Source: an uncultured Candidatus Poseidoniales archaeon
GTDB taxonomy: Archaea > Thermoplasmatota > Poseidoniia > Poseidoniales > Thalassarchaeaceae
Reading direction: 5' to 3'
NCBI GenBank assembly: GCA_902530535.1
Contig: CACAAP010000001.1
Span: 3,160 to 67,159 of the forward strand
Length of the DNA: 64,000 nucleotides
The notes under the pieces were generated by a model. It searched no databases and was not told where the DNA came from. It saw only the letters and a program-made list of their open reading frames with translations. Made by a program: the position numbers and the translations under genes. How positions within the stretch are numbered: the first letter of the stretch is position 1; each line of letters begins with the position of its first letter. Shown here one piece after another: positions 18,641 to 29,189 of the stretch.

Positions 18641-21613
18641 TCACCAGGCTTCGTCTGTTTGAGAGTAGGATATTCTTGACTCTAAGGCATCTATGTTTGT
18701 GTTTTGCGATTGCGTGTGCAAACCAGCCGTCTTCACCATTGCTGTCGTACCGCCTGTAAGGCCCAAATTGGAAGTTACCATGAAAGAGTAAATCGCCGGT
18801 AGTAACAGAAGAGCAGAGAGAGCAGCCACAATAAGGAGGACAATAATGACTGTAACGAAGGGGCCTATTGCGGGGATGTCTATTCCAAAAGCACATGTCA
18901 TGCCCATGGCAGTTACTGTTGTAGCCTCGAACAGGCTCATTCCGGTACTTGAGCATGCAGTGCGAATTCCATCCAATGTTCCGCCCATCTCCTTGACCCT
19001 ATTTGCAATGTGTATGGAGAAGTCTATACCCACGCCAACAAGGATTGACCCGATCATCACTGTCACAAGTGATAGTGATAGGCCCCACGCATCCATTACT
19101 AACCACTGCATGGCTACGGTGAATCCTACTGGGATTGTGGTAAGGAAAGCGTATCTAATATCTCTGAAAACCAGAGCGAGGGTGATTATCGTAAACCCAA
19201 GTGCGAATGCCAGAGAGGTCCATTGTGAGTCTACTATCAAATTATTTACTTCTATCGTTATTGAAGCAACACCGATTAGTGAGTCACCCAATACGTTGAT
19301 TGGATTTTCAGAGTCTCCAGCAGCCTTTGCCCAGTTGTTAATCTGCTCTGTAGTTATTGCAGTACTCTTGACATCCATGAATGGCATATCTATGTATATC
19401 AGAGAACGCTGATAATCCGGAGAAATGAATAGCTCCCTCATTTCTTCTGTCATACTATTGTAGAACACGTAGAGTAGGAAATTCTGAGCCTGCCTACCAC
19501 CATCATCCTCCTGGGCATCAAGTGTATCCAATATAGTCCAGAAGGAGACATTTCCTGATTGGTCTCTGTCGAAGATTAACTCTGCAATCTCCTTGATAGG
19601 CTCTGGAAGGGGAGTATCTTCTATGAAATCGTTAATTGGGCTACCAGATACATTGACGCCCACAGCTATCGCCTTCATCAGGAAGACTATCGAGACCGCA
19701 GTAGCATTCTCAACATCATTGCATCTAGACTCGAGATTCTCTATGCCCTCAAGATTGGCGTATGGGTGTTCTGCGGTGATTGACCCTAGACCGATTTCAG
19801 GCTCAGCTTTGATGTTTGCATCAACAAGTAAGAACCCAGGTTGACCTGCTTCAAACTCATCCGAGTATACACCCATCTTCTGTACCGCTTCCACTTCACT
19901 GGGTGCCATTTCTAGGAGGTCGATGTTCTCCTCTACGTTTTGCCTGTTGTAACCAGCTGAGATGACCATCAATGCAATGAACAGAGCAAGTGTGATTCGA
20001 GACCACTTGACTGGCATGTTGACTGCAGCAACGAAAACCTTCGGAGGGGGATGTGAGGGCTTTTTGAGATCTAGAAGTATTGTAAGATTGGGGACCATTA
20101 TCATGGTGAGGATGTACACTACTACAATGCCCGCGGCCAACGCCCATCCAACAGTCTGAATGGGCTTCATTGGAGCAAATGTTAGAGAGATGAATCCAAT
20201 AATCGTGGTCATAGCAGAGAGGAATACCGCGCGTCCTGTAGATTGAAGAGCTGCAGACATCTTCTCTTGGGGGGTTCCCTTAGATTCTGCGTATCTATTC
20301 GTAATATGCAGTCCATAGGAAACTCCCAATGAGAGTACGATCGGACCTACTAGTATTACTGTCATCGTTACTTCATAATCGGTAAGACCGATCAGCCCCA
20401 AGGTTACCCAGACTGCGCAAAGTGTGGGCAATCCAGATATTATGACAACCTTAACACCTTGGACAAATCGAATTCTCCCTGTCTGTAGTAAATCGCAATG
20501 GAAGAGGAACAGCATCGCTGCTACAATTACAACACCTACTGGAAAAACTTGCCAGAATAATTTGAATGACTCTTCAGTGACTGCGTTGGTAAGTGGTGCA
20601 GGACCGGTTAGAGTCATCCTAAGGCATAATGATCCATGGTTGGGTCCACACCCTTCTGAACCAGGAGTGCCCCAATTATTTTCCACTGCAATTTTATCAA
20701 TAGTGCCTTGTGTTTCTGAGACGATATCGCCAACTGTCTTGTTACCTGTATCATCAGATATTCCTATGATTATTACGGCTCGACTCCAACCGTATGCGGT
20801 CTTGATTTCATTACCTGAGCCTATATTCCTTACCAGCTTGTTAAGAGCATTCTGAGGCATTTCCTGTAGTATTTGATCTACCCTCTGTTGTTCATCTGGA
20901 ATTGCGTAATTGCCAATAAGATCGCTTTGCGAGTCTATTGTCTCATTTATCTCATCTGAGAGCTGCTGATTTCCAGTTGCCTCGGCAAGGCCTGAGAAGA
21001 AGGCCTTTACGACGCGGCCCCCGCTTGAGTTTACTTCCTTGATTACGGTAGAGATGGAAAGTACGTATTCGACGTCGTCTTCTTCGCCCTTGTCGTTCCT
21101 AACATAGTTGATGGATCGCTCAACGTTGTCTATCTGCTCTAGGATGTTAATCTGTCCGTTTGACCCACACTCGACGCATGTAACGTTGTAATCGTAAGAC
21201 TCGACATAAATGACCATCACATTGGTAGTCCAATCATTCTCAACTTGTGCGATCAGGTTCTTTACACTAAGTGGATCTGAATCCGTTGGAAGGTATACCT
21301 CCAAGTCTCCATTCACGTTTAGTGCGGGCTCTTCCTTGCAGTAGCTTGGGTTATCGAAACCATCTCTACAGTCTAATACACCTGAATGAGGCAAAAGTGA
21401 TACTGTGAATGCCAGTGAGACCAGGACAGCCATAACAGGAAACATGGTTAGGAAACTGGAACCCTCATGATCTCTGACCTTCCTGCGTATTTGGTTGGGG
21501 ACTCGTGACAAAGATGGTATTAGCTGGAAATCCTTTGGAACTATGTTGGAAAATCTCTCCCTGGCGCTTGACAAAAAGCGGCCAATGTGGTTCTGAGAAT
21601 CTTCCCTAGCCAT
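18641..21613 (-). CDS. RND-superfamily (MMPL-like) exporter
   Basis: 990 aa. Two 6-TM bundles each follow a large extracytoplasmic domain. The TM blocks are repeated and SSD-like ('GVKVVIISGLPTLCAVWVTLGLIG', 'LTTIPVGFTVAMQWLVMDAWG'). Confidence 0.7.
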   Translation of the reverse strand: MAREDSQNHIGRFLSSARERFSNIVPKDFQLIPSLSRVPNQIRRKVRDHEGSSFLTMFPVMAVLVSLAFTVSLLPHSGVLDCRDGFDNPSYCKEEPALNVNGDLEVYLPTDSDPLSVKNLIAQVENDWTTNVMVIYVESYDYNVTCVECGSNGQINILEQIDNVERSINYVRNDKGEEDDVEYVLSISTVIKEVNSSGGRVVKAFFSGLAEATGNQQLSDEINETIDSQSDLIGNYAIPDEQQRVDQILQEMPQNALNKLVRNIGSGNEIKTAYGWSRAVIIIGISDDTGNKTVGDIVSETQGTIDKIAVENNWGTPGSEGCGPNHGSLCLRMTLTGPAPLTNAVTEESFKLFWQVFPVGVVIVAAMLFLFHCDLLQTGRIRFVQGVKVVIISGLPTLCAVWVTLGLIGLTDYEVTMTVILVGPIVLSLGVSYGLHITNRYAESKGTPQEKMSAALQSTGRAVFLSAMTTIIGFISLTFAPMKPIQTVGWALAAGIVVVYILTMIMVPNLTILLDLKKPSHPPPKVFVAAVNMPVKWSRITLALFIALMVISAGYNRQNVEENIDLLEMAPSEVEAVQKMGVYSDEFEAGQPGFLLVDANIKAEPEIGLGSITAEHPYANLEGIENLESRCNDVENATAVSIVFLMKAIAVGVNVSGSPINDFIEDTPLPEPIKEIAELIFDRDQSGNVSFWTILDTLDAQEDDGGRQAQNFLLYVFYNSMTEEMRELFISPDYQRSLIYIDMPFMDVKSTAITTEQINNWAKAAGDSENPINVLGDSLIGVASITIEVNNLIVDSQWTSLAFALGFTIITLALVFRDIRYAFLTTIPVGFTVAMQWLVMDAWGLSLSLVTVMIGSILVGVGIDFSIHIANRVKEMGGTLDGIRTACSSTGMSLFEATTVTAMGMTCAFGIDIPAIGPFVTVIIVLLIVAALSALLLLPAIYSFMVTSNLGLTGGTTAMVKTAGLHTQSQNTNIDALESRISYSQTDEAW

Positions 21614-21667
21614 GTCCCTCCCGCCATGACGTGAAACGGCATACCTTCAACCCCTCGGCAAAGATGA

Positions 21668-24226
21668 TTGTCTCAAATACGTTTTACAACTGCACGGCAA
21701 TGGTCAATAACACGACTCTCTGTCAATTATTTGGTGGGGTTCTTGGGACAGCCTAAGATTTCAGATAAGCGGTGGAGTGTTGACCTCGAGAAAAGAATTC
21801 AAGCAGACCACTACGATGAAGAGGCTTATCGAAAAAGATATGCATTCAACAAAGAAACAGATAAGGAGATCTTCGTTATTGATACCCCTCCCCCCTATCC
21901 CAGTGGAACATGGCACATTGGAGCTGTTGCCCAGTACAGCATGATCGACGTTATTGCTAGGAGTCAGAGGCTACTTGGTAAAGAAGTGAAGTTCCCCTGG
22001 GGAGTAGATCGGAATGGCATCAATATCGAATTCACGGTAGAAAAGAAGACAGGGAGGAAGATGAGGACTTATGATAGGGCGGAATTCCTAGAGCTTTGTT
22101 CGGAAACTATTGACGAATACACCAAGGCTATGCGAAATACTGCTAGGAGAGTCGGACTATCTTGCGACTATGAGAACGAATATCTCACAGATGCCCCCGA
22201 CTACAGGGCAGTATCGCAGTCAATTTTCGTTGAGCTGTTCAAGAGAGGGGATATCGTAGAAGACCTTAGACCCAATATTTACGATCCAGTTGAAGGTACC
22301 ACGATAGCCGATGCGGAGGTCCAAAGGGTTCAGAGAGAGTCGAAACTATGCAATGTGAAGTGGCACACCGAGGATGGGGAAGAAATCATAATTTCAACTA
22401 CAAGGCCCGAGATGATCTGTGCATGTGGGATAGTAGTTGTACATCCTGAAGATGACCGATACGGTCACCTACTAGGTAAGAGGGTAAAACTCCCCATAGA
22501 GGTAGCAGAACGAGACCAATATGTCGAGATTACCGCCCATCCGTCAGTAAAGATGGATTTCGGTAGTGGAATTCTGATGGTTTGCTCTTACGGTGACCAG
22601 AATGACGTCTCCATATTTAGAGAGCTTGGAATTAGACCATTCGTAGCAATTAATCTTGATGGTGAGATGACAGGAGTCTCAGGGCCATTATCTGGGATGA
22701 AGGTAATTGAAGCCCGAAAAAGAGCAATAGAAATACTACGATCATCAGGAAATCTAGTCTCTACGGAAGACCGTTTACAAGAAGTACCAGTCAGCGAGAG
22801 GGGAGGAAACCCAATAGAGATTATTCTACTAAAGGAGTGGTATGTACGACAGACTCATATTCTGGATAGGCTAATGGAACTTTCAAAGGAAAGCAGATTC
22901 ATACCCGAGAGGAACCGGCAGTACTTACATGATTGGATAGATGGCATATCCATTGACTGGCCAATCAGCAGACGTAGGTGGTACCATACAGAAGTCCCCA
23001 TCTGGTACTCTGAGGACCGAACCAAAGTAGTCGTTCCACCAAGAGGATCCTATGTGCAACCATGGAGGGACCCACCCCCAAATAACTCTGAAGTGGTTGA
23101 TAGAGAGAGTAAGGATACGCTTGGAACCTATCAGGAATTGAGTTCGACCCTTGGGAAACTGACAGGCGAGGAGAAGGTGTTTGACACATGGATGGACTCA
23201 TCAAATTCCAATCTTTACGTCTCTGGTTACTTGACTGATCCGAAATTGTTTGATAGGGCATTTCCGACTTCAATTAGGCCTCAGGGCAAGGAAATTGTCA
23301 GAACATGGTTATACTACACACTGTTGAAGAGTGCACTTTTACTCGATCGTCCTGGTTTCCAGAGTATTTGGGTAGACGGACTTGGAATGGATCCATGGGG
23401 TAGGAAGATGTCGAAGTCATTAGGAAATGGCATAGATGCAGATAGCGTTCTCGAATGCGGAGCTGGCGGTAGGACCGGTTCATGGAAGATTAAGGGGGCC
23501 GATGGCAAGCAAGTAGTGCTGAAGGCAAACAAAATCGGAAGTGAGTGCTTTCGACTTTGGAAGGCCTGTGATGCGCAGGTGGGTGATGACTTCCATATCA
23601 ATCCAGAAGAGATTGAGACTAAGTATTACGGCGTACTAACTAAGATATTCAACGTAGCTAGGTTCGCAAGCCAATTCGAAGCTCCTGATGACTTTTCTTC
23701 ACCTCCTGAATTGAATATAGAGGACATATGGATTCTGTCTGAATTTGATCAGTCCATGGCCTCAGTGGAGAATGCATGGAAAAATGTGGATATTTACACT
23801 GCAGCACAGACGCTGAAGTCCTTTGGTACGGGGATTTTCCCCAGTCACTGGCTCGAGATGTCAAAGACTAGGCTCTATGATGGGGATATCTCGGCTACAT
23901 GGACAATACACAGAATAGTGCGTGATCTTCTCAGTGCATTTAGCCCAATATGTCCGTTCTTCACACATTATCTAAGTACAACACTTTACGATTCTAGTTC
24001 AGTGGATGTCAGAGAATACCCAAGACTTCCTTCATTTACTGGTACCGAGTTGTTTGGAGAACTTAGAGGCAAAACTGAGTCCTTGGAAGAGTTCAATTCA
24101 ATGGTTTGGAGAGCAAAGAAGGATCGTGGACTTTCTCTTAAGTCTCCAATTTCAGATGTCCAAATTCCTGATTCCCTGACTTTATTCTCCGACGCTTTGG
24201 TAAAGATGCACAATCTAGAGTTCTAG
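21668..24226 (+). CDS. valS: valyl-tRNA synthetase (exact start uncertain)
   Basis: 'IDTPPPYPSGTWHIGAV', CP1 editing block 'STTRPEMICACGIVVVHPEDDRYGHLLGKRVKLP', 'DWPISRRRWY', 'DTWMDSS', 'KMSKSLGN'. The first ~30 codons of the track ORF look non-native, so a TTG/GTG start near 21730 is possible. Confidence 0.85.
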   Translation: MSQIRFTTARQWSITRLSVNYLVGFLGQPKISDKRWSVDLEKRIQADHYDEEAYRKRYAFNKETDKEIFVIDTPPPYPSGTWHIGAVAQYSMIDVIARSQRLLGKEVKFPWGVDRNGINIEFTVEKKTGRKMRTYDRAEFLELCSETIDEYTKAMRNTARRVGLSCDYENEYLTDAPDYRAVSQSIFVELFKRGDIVEDLRPNIYDPVEGTTIADAEVQRVQRESKLCNVKWHTEDGEEIIISTTRPEMICACGIVVVHPEDDRYGHLLGKRVKLPIEVAERDQYVEITAHPSVKMDFGSGILMVCSYGDQNDVSIFRELGIRPFVAINLDGEMTGVSGPLSGMKVIEARKRAIEILRSSGNLVSTEDRLQEVPVSERGGNPIEIILLKEWYVRQTHILDRLMELSKESRFIPERNRQYLHDWIDGISIDWPISRRRWYHTEVPIWYSEDRTKVVVPPRGSYVQPWRDPPPNNSEVVDRESKDTLGTYQELSSTLGKLTGEEKVFDTWMDSSNSNLYVSGYLTDPKLFDRAFPTSIRPQGKEIVRTWLYYTLLKSALLLDRPGFQSIWVDGLGMDPWGRKMSKSLGNGIDADSVLECGAGGRTGSWKIKGADGKQVVLKANKIGSECFRLWKACDAQVGDDFHINPEEIETKYYGVLTKIFNVARFASQFEAPDDFSSPPELNIEDIWILSEFDQSMASVENAWKNVDIYTAAQTLKSFGTGIFPSHWLEMSKTRLYDGDISATWTIHRIVRDLLSAFSPICPFFTHYLSTTLYDSSSVDVREYPRLPSFTGTELFGELRGKTESLEEFNSMVWRAKKDRGLSLKSPISDVQIPDSLTLFSDALVKMHNLEF

Positions 24227-24230
24227 TAGG

Positions 24231-25199
24231 TCAATTAAGGGAATTATTGCTTCTTCCGGTTTCGAAATACTCTATGAGCAGTCCTGCCATTTCAGTTCCA
24301 ATCCGAGCCTGTGCCTCCAGAGTCGAAGCTGCAATATGAGGGCTACCATGGAAGGAGTCGTGGCGTAGCAGGTCACTCTCTGCAAGAGGCTCAACTTCGA
24401 AAACATCGAGTGCTAGTGATGTTAGTTGACGTGCCTCCAGAGCCATAGAAGCTGCGGATTCATCGACTACACCGCCCCTAGCGCAACTAACTATGTGATT
24501 ACCGCATTCAATCCCGTCTAGGCCTATTCCAGGCATCATGGATATTCGTTCTGAGTTTACCAGATTCCTTGTTTGTTCATTCAGATTGCAATGTACAGAT
24601 ATGTGAGTGCAATATCTGAAAATTTCATCCACATCATCATGTAATTGCACGCCCTCTGGTGCTTCATCGACGAAGGGATCGAAAGCATGGACTTCCATGC
24701 CGAATGATGATGCAATCGAAGCAACTCCTCTGGCTATTCTTCCGAACCCAATTAGGCCCAGCCTTTTTCCACCTATCTCAGAGCCTCGCAATTGTTTCTT
24801 TGCCCACTCTCCATTTCGAAGCGTCCGATCTGCTGTTGCTATATGCCTTGTAGAGGCTATCAGATGTCCAATGGTTAACTCCACGACACTGCGAGTAGAT
24901 GCTCCCGGAGTATTGCACACAGTGATGCCTTTTTTCGTCGCTTCGGCGATGTCGATATTATCCACCCCCACTCCTGCCCTCCCAATGAATCTAATACCGC
25001 CGCTATCGTTTACTGAGACTGAGATTTGCTCTGATAGCAGTTTTGTGGCACTTCTGATTACTACCGCATCAAATTCTAGGAGCGAGCCATTTGCGATTTC
25101 TTCTGGCTCGTGGTGCCGCAAGACTACCTCATGACCTGCATTCTCAAGAATTTCAACTGCTTCATCGGACATCCCATCTGTTACAGCGATACGCGCCAT
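24231..25199 (-). CDS. serA: D-3-phosphoglycerate / 2-hydroxyacid dehydrogenase (short form, no ACT domain)
   Basis: 'GKRLGLIGFGRIARGVA' is the NAD fold. 'ARGGVVDE' and 'HIAAST' are the catalytic His context. Confidence 0.75.
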   Translation of the reverse strand: MARIAVTDGMSDEAVEILENAGHEVVLRHHEPEEIANGSLLEFDAVVIRSATKLLSEQISVSVNDSGGIRFIGRAGVGVDNIDIAEATKKGITVCNTPGASTRSVVELTIGHLIASTRHIATADRTLRNGEWAKKQLRGSEIGGKRLGLIGFGRIARGVASIASSFGMEVHAFDPFVDEAPEGVQLHDDVDEIFRYCTHISVHCNLNEQTRNLVNSERISMMPGIGLDGIECGNHIVSCARGGVVDESAASMALEARQLTSLALDVFEVEPLAESDLLRHDSFHGSPHIAASTLEAQARIGTEMAGLLIEYFETGRSNNSLN

Positions 25200-25288
25200 G
25201 TGTATACCTGCAACATTACGTGCATCAACATTGTGAGTATCATGCCGGTGGGTTGATATTTAGTACCCCTAATTCAATTACAGATACA

Positions 25289-25882
25289 ATGGGATTTGAA
25301 TTACCTGAACTTGAATATGCCTATGACTCACTAGAGCCCCATATTGATGCGGAGACAATGGAGCTACATCATTCCAAGCATCATGCTGGATACACCGCTA
25401 AACTGAATGCTGCAATTGAGGGTACAGAAATGGACTCTTTGGGTATTGAGGATTTGATGATTAATCACATGGATAACGCTGCAGTTAGGAATAACGGAGG
25501 GGGATTCTGGAACCATAGAATTTTCTGGGAGACAATGAGCCCCGATGGCGGTGGAGAACCCGAGGGAGATCTTGCAAATGCAATTTCAGACTCTTTCGGA
25601 TCTTTCCAATCTATGAAGGATCAGTTCAGCGATGCAGCCATGACTAGATTCGGCAGTGGTTGGGCATGGCTATGCGTTTCAGAAGGTCAACTTTCTTTAT
25701 GCTCCACTCCAAATCAGGATAATCCACTCATGTTGGGCGAAGGTATACCAATTCTAGGTCTAGACGTTTGGGAACATGCGTACTACAAGAATTACGGACC
25801 GGGCAGAGGGGACTACATCACCGCATGGTGGAATGTAGTAAATTGGTCTGCTGTGTCCGATAACTACCATGCCGCAATATAG
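25289..25882 (+). CDS. sod: Fe/Mn superoxide dismutase
   Basis: 'MGFELPELEYAYDSLEPHIDAETMELHHSKHH' and 'GLDVWEHAYY'. Start set at the internal ATG because the track's 66-codon extension overlaps serA antisense. Confidence 0.92.
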   Translation: MGFELPELEYAYDSLEPHIDAETMELHHSKHHAGYTAKLNAAIEGTEMDSLGIEDLMINHMDNAAVRNNGGGFWNHRIFWETMSPDGGGEPEGDLANAISDSFGSFQSMKDQFSDAAMTRFGSGWAWLCVSEGQLSLCSTPNQDNPLMLGEGIPILGLDVWEHAYYKNYGPGRGDYITAWWNVVNWSAVSDNYHAAI

Positions 25883-25938
25883 TCGAATATCTATAATGCC
25901 AACCGTTCCATTATAGCGCTCTTTGGACACGCAACCGC

Positions 25939-27012
25939 GTGGTCGACGATTACGAAGCTATGTTGACCGCGGTATTGATATTGGTATCACCCGTTATTTT
26001 TGCACTCCCTGTGTCGTTCGCATGGAGATGGTGGGTCGGAATTGAACCAGAGCATGAGCACTATCGAGAAAAGGTTCGCAGGGTACTCGATGCAGGGATG
26101 CCCCTTGCACGTTACAGGGGAGAGTTGGACGCAGAAGCAAGGAAGGTACACGTTTCATCTGATAGGCAAGGCAGGATAGAATCGGATTTACTTCATAGAC
26201 TCCGATTGCAACATTTTCTCCTTTTCCCTAGTCTCATTTTGTGGCCTCTAGTAGGCATCTTCGCTGCTATCATCAGCATACCGATGATGCCCTTGCTGAA
26301 GCTAGTCGAGTGGATTCTGATCAAAAAGAAGGCGCTATCCGGAGTCGCGATTATTATTCAGAGGTATACAAGATGGGAAATCATAGGAATCCCCAGACTT
26401 GATGACGGTTCCAAGCAGTTCGGCAAGGCTCTAGCTTCAATTCACAGAATGCCTACAACCGTATTTCTTGGCCTTTTTGCTTACCTAATCGTGTCATATT
26501 CGCCAATGAGTTCTTTCAATGTTCTTCTACTAAGCGCACTGGTATACATCATTTTGGTCTCTGCAATTTCAGTCATCAGGGCTGCTACAGAGAGTACCCT
26601 AACATTTGCAGATCCTACCAATAGGAGAATCATACCTATGGAGTCGTATGTTGACGAGAAGCTAGGGCCATGGGTAGGAGTAGGGCTGATTTTCCTATTG
26701 TCTAGGCAGCTCATGTATGGATCGAAGATTCGAACAGGCGAACTCTTAATTGATCCAGTTCCATTTTCAATTAGTGTCCTACTTGTCTTGTATACAGCCA
26801 CAATAATAGGAATAACTGTTGAGATACTTTTCTTCAGGAGCAGGGGCGAGGAGGTAAGAATGACATTTCAAAAACAAATGGTCGATGTTTTTCAACCGGA
26901 TGTATACCTCTTCAATAGGAATTTAGGGACTTTGAGACTTGTACCAATAATGCCCCTATCACTTTGGCTGGAAACAGATGAGGACTACGATGACTTACTC
27001 AAAGATACGTGA
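25939..27012 (+). CDS. hypothetical polytopic membrane protein
   Basis: GTG start, about 7 hydrophobic helices and an acidic C-terminus. No family recognised. Confidence 0.45.
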   Translation: MVDDYEAMLTAVLILVSPVIFALPVSFAWRWWVGIEPEHEHYREKVRRVLDAGMPLARYRGELDAEARKVHVSSDRQGRIESDLLHRLRLQHFLLFPSLILWPLVGIFAAIISIPMMPLLKLVEWILIKKKALSGVAIIIQRYTRWEIIGIPRLDDGSKQFGKALASIHRMPTTVFLGLFAYLIVSYSPMSSFNVLLLSALVYIILVSAISVIRAATESTLTFADPTNRRIIPMESYVDEKLGPWVGVGLIFLLSRQLMYGSKIRTGELLIDPVPFSISVLLVLYTATIIGITVEILFFRSRGEEVRMTFQKQMVDVFQPDVYLFNRNLGTLRLVPIMPLSLWLETDEDYDDLLKDT

Positions 27013-27907
27013 GGGCCTCGACTTTCCAGTTGGCCCCATCCAGATTTACAGATCCCGAATCAATATCATCAACACGTAGTTTCGCAATTCCATAGGATAC
27101 ACTTTCTGACGACTCGCACGATGTAATATGCGCAGGCGAGCCATTCGATAACCGGTATTTCCCTGGACTAATAGCAGACTCACCCGTAATGAGGCAAAGA
27201 CTCTTCACAGTCCTGCCTCGGCTGTCTAACCTTGCATGAACTTCTTGTCCCGGATAGCACCCCTTATCATTACTGATCCGATTTATCATCCCACATTCAT
27301 TAGGAAGATTCCCCCCGATGTCAATTAAGCTTGGTATACAAACTGCTAATCTGACGAAGTTCCACCTATCATCACTCATTTCAGAATATTCCGCATCCTC
27401 AAGTATCGAGATGAAATCACTCATCTGGTTTCGTGGTAATAGGATATCGAGTACCGAGCCACCGGGAAATTCAGATTTTACAGCGATCATATCGCCGATT
27501 TCCATTACTCTATTTCTTTCTAGTTGTGTTTCCTCGAACCCCATCCTAGTAATTATTGATTGAAAGTCAGCAGATACTAGAGAAACCCTTCCTATCGCTT
27601 CATCTGCGATGATTAAATCGCATTTCTCGTCCCAAGATTTCCCGTCGATTAGGGTCTTTCTTGTTTTATCGCCCATCTCTTCTGATGACAAAAGTAGTAT
27701 TTTTTCCTGTATCTTGTATATCGATCCGAGATCTGTGATCCGGCCGTTGTAATCGCAGAATAGTACGTCTATACCGTGGCTATCCGGAGAATCAACAATC
27801 CTGGTTGAGACGACCCTATCGATGACATTGGCTGAGTCATTGCCCTGCAAGATTGTTACACTCTGAGCGCGTACGTAATACTCCTCTCCAGAGGCGTTAT
27901 TGCGCAA
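26999..27907 (-). CDS. YgfZ/CAF17-type folate-binding protein (GcvT-like, Fe-S cluster maintenance)
   Basis: Signature 'DKGCYPGQEVHARLDSRGR' (KGCYxGQE). Length and position next to an IscA-type gene both fit. Confidence 0.7.
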   Translation of the reverse strand: MRNNASGEEYYVRAQSVTILQGNDSANVIDRVVSTRIVDSPDSHGIDVLFCDYNGRITDLGSIYKIQEKILLLSSEEMGDKTRKTLIDGKSWDEKCDLIIADEAIGRVSLVSADFQSIITRMGFEETQLERNRVMEIGDMIAVKSEFPGGSVLDILLPRNQMSDFISILEDAEYSEMSDDRWNFVRLAVCIPSLIDIGGNLPNECGMINRISNDKGCYPGQEVHARLDSRGRTVKSLCLITGESAISPGKYRLSNGSPAHITSCESSESVSYGIAKLRVDDIDSGSVNLDGANWKVEALTYL

Positions 27908-27916
27908 GGAACTACC

Positions 27917-28303
27917 TCAGCCGAATGACTGCCCGCAGCCACATGCCCTGTCAGCATTGGGGTTCTCTATTTGGAATCCGCCACCCATCAGAGTCTCCTT
28001 GAAATCAATCTGGATACCATTTAGCATAGAGCTGTCCTTATTATGAACGAACACATTAATTCCGCCTATGGAAATCTGCTGAAATCCTTCATCCTCCGGC
28101 CTTTTTATGATTTTCATGTCGTAAAGATACCCTGAGCATCCTCCGGATTGCGCGCTGATCACCAAGACATGTGTATCTTCGTCTCCATTCATGTTTTGCT
28201 CTAGCGCGCGTATTGCTTTGTCAGTAAAGTTCAGTTTGACATCAACGACTTCTGTTTCAGAAACGACAGGTAGGGAAAATCCCTCACCACCGAGTATGCC
28301 CAT
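27917..28303 (-). CDS. A-type iron-sulfur cluster carrier (IscA/ErpA/HesB family)
   Basis: 'SGGCSGYLYDM' and the C-terminal 'CGCGQSFG' supply the three conserved Cys. Confidence 0.85.
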   Translation of the reverse strand: MGILGGEGFSLPVVSETEVVDVKLNFTDKAIRALEQNMNGDEDTHVLVISAQSGGCSGYLYDMKIIKRPEDEGFQQISIGGINVFVHNKDSSMLNGIQIDFKETLMGGGFQIENPNADRACGCGQSFG

Positions 28304-28385
28304 GTACGAGTGTACAATCGGTAATATTTCAACAGTTGCTTAGATTACTCGTCACACATATCAATCACCGTGCTATCGTAATGTC

Positions 28386-29189
28386 GTGGACGGGATGGAG
28401 TCTAGGGAGATTGCAAGACTAAGTCATGCAGGGATTGCTAGAGAATTGGACTATGTAACATCTGAATCTCCCCTATCGATTAACGTAACTGACAGTAAAA
28501 ATAGTACGTTTGAGATGGGAATTACCATGAGGACTGAAGGTGACGACAGGAGGTTGATTCTAGGATTCCTATACTCAGAAGGGGTGATCGATTCAATTAC
28601 AGACGTTTCCAGTATAAACATCGATGATGGAATAGCATCGGTAGTTCTCAATGAGTCTTCATCTTTCGACTCTGATTTACATCAAAGGAATAGTACCGTA
28701 ACATCTTCTTGTGGACTCTGCGGAAGATCGGACCTTAATGGGCTACTTGAATTGGAAAATACTCTTCTAGATGAGGAAATGTCAATTTCACTGGATGCAG
28801 TGTCGGTCTGTCTGAATTCAATTCATTCTGACCAGCCTATCTTCTCTCGTACAGGCGGATCCCACGCTTGTGCAAGCTTCAGAGGCGACGGGTCAATAGA
28901 TTGTGTTTTCGAGGACGTCGGGAGGCACAATGCTTTCGATAAAATGGTGGGATATTACCTGGAAAGTGGTTTGATACCAAAACCTGGATTTGGTGCATTC
29001 GTATCTGGAAGGGCTTCTTTTGAATTGGTACAGAAGTGCATAAGGGGGGGCTTTCCAATAATGATTGCAATTGGCGCTCCAAGTAGCCTTGCTGTTGATG
29101 TATCGAACGAATATGGGCTCACTTTGGGTTGTTTCGCAAGGGATGATGGCTTGACTCTATTCAGTGGAGTTAGGAGAATTGTAGAATAG
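28386..29189 (+). CDS. fdhD: formate dehydrogenase accessory sulfurtransferase FdhD
   Basis: 'TSSCGLCGR', 'RTGGSHACA', 'FEDVGRHNAFDK'. Confidence 0.85.
   Translation: MDGMESREIARLSHAGIARELDYVTSESPLSINVTDSKNSTFEMGITMRTEGDDRRLILGFLYSEGVIDSITDVSSINIDDGIASVVLNESSSFDSDLHQRNSTVTSSCGLCGRSDLNGLLELENTLLDEEMSISLDAVSVCLNSIHSDQPIFSRTGGSHACASFRGDGSIDCVFEDVGRHNAFDKMVGYYLESGLIPKPGFGAFVSGRASFELVQKCIRGGFPIMIAIGAPSSLAVDVSNEYGLTLGCFARDDGLTLFSGVRRIVE

Noticed and set aside
18606-18956. 117-codon Cys/His/Arg-rich extension of the EVE-domain ORF
   Set aside because: It overlaps the 3' end of the RND exporter gene in another frame. The EVE domain starts at MVNYWLMKSEP with a clean intergenic gap.
25091-25288. 66-codon N-terminal extension of the SOD ORF
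   Set aside because: It overlaps serA antisense. SOD homology begins exactly at MGFELPELEY.
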